Assembly (NCBI GenBank): GCA_902575815.1
Contig: CACGTA010000005.1
Location: 2,213 to 66,212 of the forward strand
DNA length: 64,000 nt
Source: an uncultured Alphaproteobacteria bacterium
Lineage (GTDB): Bacteria; Pseudomonadota; Alphaproteobacteria; HIMB59; GCA-002718135
Reading direction: 5' to 3'
Part shown: piece by piece, positions 1 through 9,765 of the stretch
Layout of the letters: every line of letters starts with the position of its first letter
How positions within the stretch are numbered: position 1 is the first letter of the stretch
Position numbers and translations under genes: made by a program
The notes under the pieces: model-generated
The model's input: the letters and a program-made list of their open reading frames with translations, nothing else
Told to the model about the DNA's origin: nothing
The model's database searches: none

Positions 1-1003
1 AAATTTAAATTTGACTGCAGGTAGATCAGTTGCTTGTGTAGACAGAAATGGATCAGGAAAATACGGTATATATGTAGCTAATTATGGAGGCCCTACTAGA
101 TTTTATGAAATTGAAGAAAATGAAGTTGAAGATTTAGCTCCAATTCTTGGAATTGATCAAATAACTGGAGGAAGAGCTGTAATCTCAGGTCATATAATTT
201 CAAATAATATGGATATATTTGCAGCCAATGAGAGGGGTCCAAATTTTTTATATGAAAATACCAATGGTAGTTTTAATGACATAGCAATTGAAAAAAATGT
301 CCAAGATACTTTTCAAAATGGTCGAGGCACTACATTAACTGATTTTTTATATAGAGGAGAGCTTGATATCGTCACCAGTAACTGGGAAGGGTATCATCGT
401 ATTTTTGTTAAACAAAAAGAATCTTTTCTTGATATGTCTTCACTTGGATTTAGATCACCAAGTAAAATACGAACGGTAATATCTGCTGATTTTGATAATG
501 ATGGGTACGATGAGATTTTTTTAAATAACATAGGGCAGCCAAATAAATTATTTAAAATTTTAGATGGTGGTAAATTAGAAGAAATTTCATTAAAGAACGC
601 TCTTGAACCTTTTGGGCTTGGAACTGGTGCAGCAGTAGCGGATATAGATGATGATGGAGTACTAGAATTACTCATATCACATGGGGAATCTGGCGCACAA
701 CCTCTTAGTTTGTATAAAGGGAATGTATTAGAAGAATCTTCCTATTTGCGTATTAAACCTTTAAATTCTTTTGGTGCACCAGCAAGAGGTGCAACAGTAA
801 CTTTAAATTCAAATATGAGAAACCATTCAAAAACAATCGATGCTGGGTCAGGATACTTATGCCAGATGGAGCCAATTGCACACTATGGCATCAGAAAAAA
901 TGAAGTTGTAGAAAGTATTACAATTAAGTGGACAAATGGTAATGAAGATAACTATCAAATTAAAGATCTAAATCAAGTTTACGAATTTAGACAGCCTATT
1001 TAG
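1..1003 (+). CDS. CRTAC1/ASPIC-UnbV family FG-GAP repeat protein, 5'-truncated by the window edge
   Basis: The reading frame is open to position 2. FG-GAP-like repeats are present (DFDNDGYDEIF, ADIDDDGVLELL). The C-terminus is UnbV/ASPIC-like (GATVTL...IDAGSGYLCQMEPIAHYGI...ITIKWTNG). Confidence 0.7.
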   Translation, partial: NLNLTAGRSVACVDRNGSGKYGIYVANYGGPTRFYEIEENEVEDLAPILGIDQITGGRAVISGHIISNNMDIFAANERGPNFLYENTNGSFNDIAIEKNVQDTFQNGRGTTLTDFLYRGELDIVTSNWEGYHRIFVKQKESFLDMSSLGFRSPSKIRTVISADFDNDGYDEIFLNNIGQPNKLFKILDGGKLEEISLKNALEPFGLGTGAAVADIDDDGVLELLISHGESGAQPLSLYKGNVLEESSYLRIKPLNSFGAPARGATVTLNSNMRNHSKTIDAGSGYLCQMEPIAHYGIRKNEVVESITIKWTNGNEDNYQIKDLNQVYEFRQPI

Positions 1004-1844
1004 TATTTTTGACATATTTTTTAAATTTTAATAATTCTCCTTTATTAATATCAATAGTATATTTTTTTGAAGGAAAATTTTTATTACCAACGTCAACTTT
1101 ATATTCTTTAAAAGCTTTTATTCTCTCTTTTTGAATATTTGTAAATACTTTATTAAAATTTCTATATATTTTTGCATGTCTTGGAGTTCTCCAGTTGCTG
1201 TTTCCTAATATATCTTCTGCAAATAAAAATTGAACATCAGCATCTTTTCCAGAACCAATAGAAATTGTAATTAAATTTGTATTGGAATCAATTTCTTTCA
1301 TAATTTTTTCTGGTATGCACTCAACTTCCACACCCCAAGCTCCAAGATTTTCTAATTCTTTAATGTCATTAAATATTTTTTTTGCTTCTTCAGAGGTTTT
1401 TCCAAATGGTTTCATGCCACCTGTCCAAGTAGATCGCATAGGGACAAATCCTACGTGTCCTTGAAAAGGAATTCTAAATTCGTTCAAATATTTTATGAAA
1501 TTTATATTCCAACAACCACAATGGATAGAATCAATTCCTATTTCCATATATTGTAATGCCTGCTTAATAGCACTTTCCTTATTTGCATGTTCCAACCAAT
1601 TAATCCCTACTGTAAAAAAAGTTTTGGGTGCAGCTTCCCTTATTTCTTTAAGAGGTGAAGGCGGTCCTGCAATAATAAGATCAATTCCTGCTTCTTCACA
1701 TGCTGCTGCTTCTTCTGGATTAGTGACATTTATTTGTGTTAATTTTTTTTTTCCTTTAATGTTAATAAGATCTTTAACAGTGTAGTTTCTAACACCAGAA
1801 TGTAATCCCATAGAAAATACTTTTTTATATTTTGTTATTTTCAT
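996..1844 (-). CDS. PanB-like (ketopantoate hydroxymethyltransferase family) protein, divergent paralog 1
   Basis: PanB-family blocks are present: GHVGFVP, VEVECIP, SIGSGKDADVQFLFAEDILG, PRHAK. It is a paralog of 62634..63461. I prefer the ATG at 1844. The longer ORF to 1904 starts with TTG and would overlap the divergent gene at 1896. Confidence 0.6.
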   Translation of the reverse strand: MKITKYKKVFSMGLHSGVRNYTVKDLINIKGKKKLTQINVTNPEEAAACEEAGIDLIIAGPPSPLKEIREAAPKTFFTVGINWLEHANKESAIKQALQYMEIGIDSIHCGCWNINFIKYLNEFRIPFQGHVGFVPMRSTWTGGMKPFGKTSEEAKKIFNDIKELENLGAWGVEVECIPEKIMKEIDSNTNLITISIGSGKDADVQFLFAEDILGNSNWRTPRHAKIYRNFNKVFTNIQKERIKAFKEYKVDVGNKNFPSKKYTIDINKGELLKFKKYVKNTK

Positions 1845-1895
1845 TACTGTATATTTATTAATAGAATTCTTAAATTTATACACTATATAGTAATT

Positions 1896-2345
1896 GTGTT
1901 TCAAACAAGTGCATTAAAAAAACCCTTTCATTGGAAATGCAAGCATACCTGGAGACGAAGTGCTAAAAATACGCTTTGGTGTCTTCTGGGGTGTTCTATT
2001 GGAGACTTTGGGACGATACTATATTTTCAAATAAACGCTATAAACTGGCCCACCCTTTCAATAATGATACTAGCTATTATCAATGGTTTAATAACTAGTA
2101 TTATTTTAGAAACGATAATTTTATCAAGACAAATGACCATTAAGATTGCTTTTCAAACAGCCTTAACAATGAGTTTTATTTCTATGCTGGCTATGGAAAT
2201 TGCAATGAACTCTGTTGACTGGTTAATTCTAGGAGAAGCAAAACTGGTATGGTGGATAGTTCCTATAATGCTTTTAACGGGATTTTTAACACCATGGCCC
2301 TATAATTATTACAGATTAAAAAAATATAATATTGCCTGTCATTAA
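1896..2345 (+). CDS. DUF4396-like small integral membrane protein
   Basis: Four predicted TM segments and an N-terminal WCLLGCSIGDFG motif. It has a GTG start, with no ATG upstream of the conserved motif. Confidence 0.5.
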   Translation: MFQTSALKKPFHWKCKHTWRRSAKNTLWCLLGCSIGDFGTILYFQINAINWPTLSIMILAIINGLITSIILETIILSRQMTIKIAFQTALTMSFISMLAMEIAMNSVDWLILGEAKLVWWIVPIMLLTGFLTPWPYNYYRLKKYNIACH

Positions 2346-2402
2346 TTAAAATAATTTACAAAAGAATATTGAAATTATCTTAATCGGACATATTTCAAAT
2401 TT

Positions 2403-2867
2403 ATGATTAGAATATTACTTACATTATTATTTATTAGTTCTGGAGCATTTGCAGCTAGCAGTTCCGATGATAGCAGTTCAAATGTGTCAGCTGATGAACA
2501 AGTTATTAAGCTTTACGATAAAGCTTACGAACTTGTTTACTATAAGAAATTTGATAAATCTATTAAATTGCTAGAAAAATTAGCTAAGCGTAAAGATCTT
2601 GGTAATAAAAAAGCTGATGTGTATAATTTACTTGGTTTTAGTTATAGAAAACATAGTGAGCCAAATTTAAACAAAGCATTTGATGCATATCAAATCGCAC
2701 TAGAAGCAAACCCTGAACATTTAGGTGTTCATGAATACCTTGGCGAACTTTACATTACGCTTGGAAAAATGAATAAAGCAAATGAAATGTTGTTAAAATT
2801 AGAAAGTTTAGCTGGAACTAATTCTATGGAATATAGAAAACTAAAATCAGCAATTGATAATTCATAA
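2403..2867 (+). CDS. Secreted TPR-repeat protein
   Basis: Signal peptide MIRILLTLLFISSGAFA. TPR-like helices follow (AFDAYQIALEANPEHLGVHEYLGELY). Confidence 0.6.
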   Translation: MIRILLTLLFISSGAFAASSSDDSSSNVSADEQVIKLYDKAYELVYYKKFDKSIKLLEKLAKRKDLGNKKADVYNLLGFSYRKHSEPNLNKAFDAYQIALEANPEHLGVHEYLGELYITLGKMNKANEMLLKLESLAGTNSMEYRKLKSAIDNS

Positions 2868-2874
2868 ATATTAC

Positions 2875-2898
2875 AATTGCTCTTTATGAAGGGCAATT
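2875..2898 (+). terminator. 8-bp hairpin (AATTGCTC/GGGCAATT) after the TPR gene, with no U-tract
   Basis: The inverted repeat is read directly from the sequence. The missing T-run makes terminator function uncertain. Confidence 0.25.
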
Positions 2899-2904
2899 TG
2901 ACCT

Positions 2905-3333
2905 ATGGTAATTTATACTCTTAATTTTTTATTAACAATCTTAATAGGTTCAATGATTTTCTTTATGGCTGTAGTCTCACCCTCAGTCTTTGCCACTTTA
3001 AGTACTAATGCTAGCAGTAAATTTTTAAGAACAATTTTTCCTCGAATGTTTTTATTTGGATTTATAATAGCCATTTTATCTTTAGTTTTTAGTTATATTT
3101 CAAGCAATATTTTAAATTCTATTTTATTAATAATAGTGGCTATTAGTTTTATTATAAATAGAAATTATTTAACACCTAAAATTAATGATTTTAGAGATAA
3201 AGAATTAGAAGGTGATAAAAAAGCATCTTCAAGTTTTAAATATATGCATTTGCTTTCAGTTTTATTATTTGTATTGAATTTTATTATTTTAATTGGGATC
3301 GTAATTAATAACTACTTTAATTATAATTTATAA
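2905..3333 (+). CDS. DUF4149/TMEM205-like membrane protein
   Basis: Four TM helices. The N-terminus (IGSMIFFMAVVSPSVFATL...FLRTIFPRMF) is typical of DUF4149. Confidence 0.5.
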   Translation: MVIYTLNFLLTILIGSMIFFMAVVSPSVFATLSTNASSKFLRTIFPRMFLFGFIIAILSLVFSYISSNILNSILLIIVAISFIINRNYLTPKINDFRDKELEGDKKASSSFKYMHLLSVLLFVLNFIILIGIVINNYFNYNL

Positions 3334-3974
3334 ACTTTATCCTGTCCCACAGGATAAATACTCAAATTTTTCTTACCTAATACATCACTTATTTCCTTAG
3401 AATTGATATCCAACCCACCTGTTAAAATTCCAAAACTTGGTAAAATGAATATTTTTTCATTATGTATAAAAGATGTTTTAAAAATAGTTTTCCCTCTGTG
3501 TACAATTTTTACTTTTGGATGATAGTGACCACAAATTTGAAATAAAGGTGTATCGATAGGTATGTGTGTAAACAAGAATTTATTAATTTCATAATTTGTA
3601 CAATTTTTAAAACCTTCAATTTCTATATTTTTATCATGATTACCCTTGATCCATATGAAATCAGTATAATCCATATATTGACTAAGACTTTTATGATCTT
3701 GATCTTTCAAACTTAAAGTTGAAAAAAAATCATGGAATAAATCTCCAACTATAATTAAATTGCTTGGTTTAATCTTATCTAAACTAACAAAAAGTTCGCT
3801 TAATATTTCTTTGGTATCATACGGAGGTAAGAATTGTTTATTCTTTGCATAACTAATAGATTTTCCAATATGTAAATCTGATACAATCAGGGTATTTAGT
3901 CTTTTCCAATAAAGTGATTTATTTGGGTAAGCATAAAATTCTTCATCACCAAAATTAATTAATTGATAATACAT
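3321..3974 (-). CDS. pdeM: Ligase-associated DNA damage response endonuclease PdeM (metallophosphoesterase)
   Basis: Calcineurin-like phosphoesterase motifs SDLHIGK, GDLFHD, GNHD and GHYHP. It overlaps the 3' end of the lhr-like gene. Confidence 0.8.
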   Translation of the reverse strand: MYYQLINFGDEEFYAYPNKSLYWKRLNTLIVSDLHIGKSISYAKNKQFLPPYDTKEILSELFVSLDKIKPSNLIIVGDLFHDFFSTLSLKDQDHKSLSQYMDYTDFIWIKGNHDKNIEIEGFKNCTNYEINKFLFTHIPIDTPLFQICGHYHPKVKIVHRGKTIFKTSFIHNEKIFILPSFGILTGGLDINSKEISDVLGKKNLSIYPVGQDKVYKL

Positions 3975-6387
3975 TAGCCTCTTTTAATATTTCATTTTCT
4001 AAATCCTCTAAAATATATTCATCAGTTTCCTTTTTTGATAAATTTTCTCTATTGATTTCAAGAATAATTGGAACAGCCAATGGGGAGATACTTTTGAGTT
4101 TTTTTAATACAATTTTTTTATGCATTTTTTTTAAAATTTCTCTTAGTCTATCATAATCTATCATATTCTTTTTTGCGTCTTCATATGATGATTTTAGAAG
4201 AATGTGATCCGGCTCATTTTTTTTGAGAACTGTATAAATTAGATCAGAGCTAAATAAAACTTGCTTCCCTGTTTTTTCCATTCCTGGCAACCTTCTTTCT
4301 ATTAAACAAGATATAATTGCATTATCTCTAAACAATCTTTTGACTATTGAAGTTTCTTCAAGATAATTATCTAAATGTTTATCTAACAATCCTAAATTTA
4401 GAATTGTTTTAATTTCTTTAACTTCTTTTAAAGACCATAAAACAATAGCATAATCATTTGCAACAAAACCTAGAGGTTTATAGTTAAATTCCTTAACGCC
4501 TCTAAGCAATAAAAAACCTAGTGTTTGATTGGCATGCCATCCTGCAAAAGTATAGATAACAGTATAAAAATTTTTTTTTCGAGGGAATTGTTCTACTAGA
4601 TATTGATTTTTTTTAGGAATTTTAGATATTTTTTTTTGTCTTTTTAACCATTCAGTAATTTGCTCTGGATATGAAACCCACATATTACTTTTTGACAATA
4701 AAGCCCTAACTGAGTTAGCCAAATTTGTTGATAATGGCATTCTGCCTCCAGAGTATGATGGAATTTTTGAAATTAAAGATTTGCTTCTTTTAACTTGTAC
4801 TAAATTATTTTTCATTGATTGAAATTCTAGTACTTGACCGGCAAATATAAATGAATCACCTTGAGAAAGATTTTGAATAAAAACTTCTTCTATATTCCCT
4901 AACGTTTTTGTTCCAAGTTTTATTTTTAACATCGGATTTTCAATTATTGTTCCAACATTCATGCGGTATTTTCGTGTTTCTCTTCTATTTACTAGCTTAT
5001 AAATATTTTTATTTTCTCTCAATTGGAAGATTCTCTTAAATTGATCATAATTTTTTAAAACATATCCACCGTCTTGTATGAGATTAATCAGTTGTTTAAA
5101 ATCATTAAGTTTTAATTTTTTGTATGGATATGCTTTGGTAATTTCTTTGTAGAGAGCATTAATATCAAATTGCCCCGCACAAGCCGTTGCAAAAATATGT
5201 TGAGCTACAACATCAAAACTTCCTTCTTTTAAATCTATTTTATCTAAGTTATTTTTTTTTATTTCTTCAATAGCAGCTTTTGCTTCTATAAATTCAAAAC
5301 GATTAGTAGGTACTAAAATTGCTTTTGAAGGTGTATTTAAATTATGATTTGATCTTCCTACACGCTGTAATAATCTATTAATTCCTTTAGGTGCTCCAAC
5401 TTGAATAATTTTTTCTACGTCTCCATAATCTAATCCGAGTTCTAATGAAGAGGTTGCAACGACACAGTCAACTAATCCTTTGCTAAGATTATTTTCTACT
5501 TTTAAACGTAAGTTTTTTTCTAATGAACCATGGTGAACAGCAATTTTTAATTTTTTCTTATTAATTAGCCATAAGTTTTTAAACATATATTCGGCTTGCG
5601 CCCTCGTATTAACAAAAATAATAGTTAATTTTGATTTCATTATTTCTTTATAGATTTCATTAATAGAATACGTAGCCATATGACCAGACCAAGGAATACG
5701 TTCTTTTGATTCTAGAATTTTAATCTTAGGTAAAACTGAATTTTCATAAGAAACAATTTTTGGTTTTTTTCGGCAAAGCCATTTTTTGGCGTCTTGTTTA
5801 TTCTTGAGAGTTGCTGATAAACCTATTCGTTGTAAATTTGGAGAGAAAGTTTGTAGTCTTTCAATATTTAAACTTAGAAGATCAGCTCTCTTATTATCCA
5901 AAAAAGTGTGTATCTCATCAATAATTATATATTTTAGATTATAAAAAAATTCTTTCGCATTCTCATACGAATTTAATAATGCAAGTGACTCTGGAGTTGT
6001 AATAAGGATATTAGGAGGTTTTTGTTTTTGTTTATGTTTTTTATATGGTGTTGTGTCTCCTGTTCTTACTTGAAATGAAATATTTAAATCAAGCTCTTTT
6101 ATAGGTTTCTCTAAATTTCTTACAATATCGTTTGCAAGAGATTTTAATGGAGAAATATAGAGAGTATGAAGACCCTTAAATTTTTTTAATTTTATTAAAT
6201 CATCTATTGGATTAATAAACCCTGTTAATGTTTTGCCAGCACCAGTAGGAGCAAATACAACAACATCAGACCCAGTTCGAACATGATAAAACGTTTCAAT
6301 TTGATGAGGAAACCAGGACCATCTTTTTTTCTTAATCCACTTGTTTAGGGGGTGTAATAATAAGGGATTCGATTTATTTATATTCAT
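3955..6387 (-). CDS. lhr: Ligase-associated DNA damage response DEXH-box helicase (Lhr-like)
   Basis: Helicase motifs are present: Walker A APTGAGKT, DEIH box (IIIDEIHTF), SAT (LSATL) and motif VI QRVGRSNH. A long Lhr-type C-terminal domain follows. The start is either the ATG at 6387 or the ATG at 6405. Confidence 0.85.
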   Translation of the reverse strand: MNINKSNPLLLHPLNKWIKKKRWSWFPHQIETFYHVRTGSDVVVFAPTGAGKTLTGFINPIDDLIKLKKFKGLHTLYISPLKSLANDIVRNLEKPIKELDLNISFQVRTGDTTPYKKHKQKQKPPNILITTPESLALLNSYENAKEFFYNLKYIIIDEIHTFLDNKRADLLSLNIERLQTFSPNLQRIGLSATLKNKQDAKKWLCRKKPKIVSYENSVLPKIKILESKERIPWSGHMATYSINEIYKEIMKSKLTIIFVNTRAQAEYMFKNLWLINKKKLKIAVHHGSLEKNLRLKVENNLSKGLVDCVVATSSLELGLDYGDVEKIIQVGAPKGINRLLQRVGRSNHNLNTPSKAILVPTNRFEFIEAKAAIEEIKKNNLDKIDLKEGSFDVVAQHIFATACAGQFDINALYKEITKAYPYKKLKLNDFKQLINLIQDGGYVLKNYDQFKRIFQLRENKNIYKLVNRRETRKYRMNVGTIIENPMLKIKLGTKTLGNIEEVFIQNLSQGDSFIFAGQVLEFQSMKNNLVQVKRSKSLISKIPSYSGGRMPLSTNLANSVRALLSKSNMWVSYPEQITEWLKRQKKISKIPKKNQYLVEQFPRKKNFYTVIYTFAGWHANQTLGFLLLRGVKEFNYKPLGFVANDYAIVLWSLKEVKEIKTILNLGLLDKHLDNYLEETSIVKRLFRDNAIISCLIERRLPGMEKTGKQVLFSSDLIYTVLKKNEPDHILLKSSYEDAKKNMIDYDRLREILKKMHKKIVLKKLKSISPLAVPIILEINRENLSKKETDEYILEDLENEILKEANVLSIN

Positions 6388-7377
6388 ATGGATTTCATTA
6401 ACCATCAGCTATTTATCAAAGATATAAATGTACATATAGATCCAATATTGCCGAAAAAAACAGCAATTATTACACATGGTCACGCAGATCATGCCCGATT
6501 TGGACATGATCATGTTATTGCTACTAGGGAAACAATAGACATAATGAAAATTCGCTACGGAGATAAATGTGCGAAGAAATTTACTCCTCTTAGATACGGG
6601 CAAAAATACTCAATTAAAAACTATGATTTTACTCTTTACCCTGCAGGACATATTTTAGGGAGTGCTCAAGTTTTAATTGAAAAAAATAATCATCGCTTAG
6701 TCATCACAGGTGATTATAAAGTAGGAAAAGACGAAACATGTAAAAATTTCAAACTGGTTAAATGTGATACTTTAATTACCGAAGCAACATTTGGATTACC
6801 CATATTTCAACATCCAGATCCCAAAGATGAAATTCAAAAACTCATACGATCTGTAAAGATAAATAAAAATAATTGTCATATTGTTGGTGCATATGCACTT
6901 GGCAAAGCACAAAGAGTAATGAATCTTTTACGTCAGCAGAAATATAATGAGACAATTTATATTCATGGCTCTCTAGAAAAGTTATGCCAATATTATTCAA
7001 AAGAAAAAATTAATATTGGAAAGTTTGAAAAAGTTTCTTCAAAGGATAAAAGCTTTTATGAGGGTAAAATAATTATTGCCCCTCCTTCAGCATTAAAGGA
7101 TCGTTGGTCAAGACGATTTCCTAATCCTATTATTTGCATGGCAAGTGGATGGATGACAGTTAAGCAAAGAGCAAAACAACAAGGTATTGAATTACCTTTA
7201 GTTATTAGTGATCATAGCGATTGGAATGAATTACTAGATACAATTAAAAAATCAAAAGCGAAAAATATTCTTATTACGCATGGTCAAGAAGATGCATTAG
7301 TTTATTATTGTAAGAAACAAAATCTTGTTTCAAAGCCTCTTTCCATCCAAGGAAGAAGTGATGAGGAAATAGAATGA
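6388..7377 (+). CDS. Ligase-associated DNA damage response exonuclease (metallo-beta-lactamase / beta-CASP fold)
   Basis: HGHADH metallo-beta-lactamase motif with later His/Asp motifs. Its end overlaps the ligase start by ATGA. Confidence 0.8.
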   Translation: MDFINHQLFIKDINVHIDPILPKKTAIITHGHADHARFGHDHVIATRETIDIMKIRYGDKCAKKFTPLRYGQKYSIKNYDFTLYPAGHILGSAQVLIEKNNHRLVITGDYKVGKDETCKNFKLVKCDTLITEATFGLPIFQHPDPKDEIQKLIRSVKINKNNCHIVGAYALGKAQRVMNLLRQQKYNETIYIHGSLEKLCQYYSKEKINIGKFEKVSSKDKSFYEGKIIIAPPSALKDRWSRRFPNPIICMASGWMTVKQRAKQQGIELPLVISDHSDWNELLDTIKKSKAKNILITHGQEDALVYYCKKQNLVSKPLSIQGRSDEEIE

Positions 7378-8942
7378 AAAAATTTTCTTCCTTACTTCAC
7401 AATTTGATTTTAACTCCAAGTCGAAATAATAAAATTAAATTACTTCAAGATTATTTTAAAATACTTGATATAAATCGTGCATATGCGCTTGCAATTTTAT
7501 CTGACCAACTTTCATTTCAATTTATTAAAGCATCTAAACTCAGAGAACTTGTCTATGAACAAGTAGATCAACATTTATTTGATTACTCATATGACTATGT
7601 TGGGGATTTAGCAGAAACAATATCATTAATTTGGCCAACAAATAAAGAAGGTAAATCACAAAATTTATCTACCTTAATAGAAAATATAAAAAAAATTAAA
7701 AAGTCTGAAATTAATACAGAGTTGAGTCAACTTTTAAGTCAACTATCTAATAACGAAAGGTGGACTTTAATTAAAATTTGCACAGGTGGATTGCGAATTG
7801 GAGTCTCTCAAAGATTAGTAAAAACTGCTCTAGCTGATCTGTACAAAAAACCTGTAAATGAGATTGAAGAAATTTGGCATGGTCTAGAATTTCCATACGA
7901 AAATTTATTTCAATGGTTAAGAAATGAGACATCAAAACCAAAAATAGATTTTAAAAAATTATTTCACCCCATGATGCTTGCTAATCCTATTGATGAGGAA
8001 AGAGATTTTAAAAGATTGAACGCTAGTGAATTTCAAGCAGAATATAAATGGGATGGAATAAGAGTTCAACTTATGGTTTCATCAAAAAGTGTATCACTGT
8101 ACTCAAGAACAGGTGATAATATTTCATCAGCATTCCCAGAAATAATTGAAAATACTAAAGGTGATGCAGTTATTGACGGAGAATTACTTGTGGGAAGAAA
8201 TTTTAAACCCTCTGGCTTTAATGATCTACAACAAAGGTTAAACAGAAAAAAGGCATCAAAAGATCTTCAAGAAAAGTTTCCTGTCTTCATTCGAGCTTAT
8301 GATATCCTTTTTTATAAAGGAAAAGATCTTAGAAAATTATTTCTTTACGAAAGAAGAAAATATTTAGAAAAATTTCAGAAAGAAAATAAAACTAATAAAA
8401 TTGATTTGTCATTAATTATAAAATTCAAAACTTGGAAAGAATTAACAAAATATAAAAACAATCTTCATGATGATTTAAATGAAGGTGTTATGATTAAACT
8501 TAAAAATAGTGAATATCTGCCAGGAAGAAAAAAGGGGTATTGGTACAAATGGAAAAAAAATCCAAAACTAGTTGATGCTATTTTAATGTATGCTCAGCGA
8601 GGACATGGTAAAAGATCATCATATTATTCAGATTTTACGTTTGGTGTTTGGAAAGAAAATGAATTAGTTCCTATAGGAAAAGCCTATTCCGGTTACACAG
8701 ATAAAGAACTATTAGTTTTAGATAAATTTATTAGGAATAATACTACCAATAAATTTGGTCCTGTAAGAGAAGTAAAAAAAGAAATTATTTTAGAAGTAGC
8801 CTTTGACGATGTCTTTCCCAGCAGTAGACATAAATCAGGTGTTGCTATGCGTTTTCCTCGAATTCATAGAATTAGGTGGGATAAACCTACAAATGAAGTG
8901 CTTTCAATTGAAGAATTTAAGAAAGAATTTAAAATAGGTTAA
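7374..8942 (+). CDS. ATP-dependent DNA ligase
   Basis: Adenylation motif I EYKWDGIR, motif IV-like EGVMIK and an OB-fold C-terminus. It sits in the lhr/pdeM/exonuclease cassette. Confidence 0.85.
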   Translation: MKKFSSLLHNLILTPSRNNKIKLLQDYFKILDINRAYALAILSDQLSFQFIKASKLRELVYEQVDQHLFDYSYDYVGDLAETISLIWPTNKEGKSQNLSTLIENIKKIKKSEINTELSQLLSQLSNNERWTLIKICTGGLRIGVSQRLVKTALADLYKKPVNEIEEIWHGLEFPYENLFQWLRNETSKPKIDFKKLFHPMMLANPIDEERDFKRLNASEFQAEYKWDGIRVQLMVSSKSVSLYSRTGDNISSAFPEIIENTKGDAVIDGELLVGRNFKPSGFNDLQQRLNRKKASKDLQEKFPVFIRAYDILFYKGKDLRKLFLYERRKYLEKFQKENKTNKIDLSLIIKFKTWKELTKYKNNLHDDLNEGVMIKLKNSEYLPGRKKGYWYKWKKNPKLVDAILMYAQRGHGKRSSYYSDFTFGVWKENELVPIGKAYSGYTDKELLVLDKFIRNNTTNKFGPVREVKKEIILEVAFDDVFPSSRHKSGVAMRFPRIHRIRWDKPTNEVLSIEEFKKEFKIG

Positions 8943-9765
8943 CCAAATTATTTTCACTTAGATTTGTCCATAAATTTGAAAAGCTTTGTTTAAATTTTTT
9001 TTGTGCATTTTCAGCATGCTCTTTTTTTTCAAATACACTATAAATACAAGATCCACTCCCGGTTAGTCTTGAAAATATAACATCATCAAAATCTTCTAAG
9101 AAATTTATTATGGATAAAAATTCGGGTTCATTTTTTTTAAGAATTTTCTCAAAATCATTTCCAGAATCTTGATCATTAATTTCTTCTAAATCAAAGTCAG
9201 AATTATAATCAAAATCTGAAGGTTTAAATGAATCATACATTTTTTTTGTCGAACATTTGAAAGACGGTCTAATTAATAAGAAATAATATTTTGGAAAATG
9301 AACGTTGGCAATTAAATCACCCCTTCCTCTAACTAGAGCATCTTTTTGATTCAAAAAAAAAGGAATATCGGAGCCGAGATCAACATAATCAAATATATTT
9401 TTCTTCTTTATTAATTCAAGATTTTCCAAAATTTTTATAACACTTGCAACATTAGATGAGGCAGAGCCTAAGCCAGCTTCATAAGGAAAATTTTTTGATA
9501 TAGTAAAAAGAAGTTTGGGTTTATCTTCATGTATATAAGTAAATAATTTATCAACAATACAATCCTCAAATAGATTATTTTTTGGAGCGAATTTACCTGT
9601 ATAAATTACTTCAAATTTACTGTGAGGTTGAACAGTTATCTCATCATAAAGATCAATGAATGTTATACCAGTGCGAATATTATGATAACCATCATCCCTT
9701 TTATTTATAATCTTTAAAAATAAATTAATTTTGGCAGGTGATTTTTCAATTATTTTATCCGGCAT
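8929..9765 (-). CDS. ispE: 4-diphosphocytidyl-2-C-methyl-D-erythritol kinase
   Basis: N-terminus PAKINLFLKI...RDDGYH and GHMP kinase motif GLGSASSN. Confidence 0.85.
   Translation of the reverse strand: MPDKIIEKSPAKINLFLKIINKRDDGYHNIRTGITFIDLYDEITVQPHSKFEVIYTGKFAPKNNLFEDCIVDKLFTYIHEDKPKLLFTISKNFPYEAGLGSASSNVASVIKILENLELIKKKNIFDYVDLGSDIPFFLNQKDALVRGRGDLIANVHFPKYYFLLIRPSFKCSTKKMYDSFKPSDFDYNSDFDLEEINDQDSGNDFEKILKKNEPEFLSIINFLEDFDDVIFSRLTGSGSCIYSVFEKKEHAENAQKKFKQSFSNLWTNLSENNLVNLF

Noticed and set aside
394-675. The remaining short ORFs in the track that lie antisense or out of frame within larger genes, for example 394-675, 1282-1464, 1495-1785, 6409-6603, 10358-10570, 11481-11717, 12342-12590, 13732-13998, 24425-24691, 27284-27514, 31198-31497, 32236-32508, 41746-42009, 50572-50835, 51193-51468, 53641-53886, 54532-54717, 55754-56002, 58459-58653, 60086-60283, 62715-62897, 63243-63428 and 63493-63681
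   Set aside because: Each is nested in a longer ORF on the other strand or frame that carries recognisable family motifs. Long spurious frames are expected opposite real genes.
1845-1904. 20-codon N-terminal extension of the PanB-like gene (TTG start at 1904)
   Set aside because: It would overlap the divergent DUF4396 gene start at 1896. It begins with TTG and encodes a non-conserved Tyr/Lys/Asn-rich peptide. An ATG is available at 1844.
6285-6292. GTTCGAAC near the lhr/exonuclease starts as an alphaproteobacterial LexA box
   Set aside because: The alphaproteobacterial SOS box is a direct repeat, GTTC-N7-GTTC. The sequence here is GTTC-GAACATG-ATAA, so the second half-site is missing.
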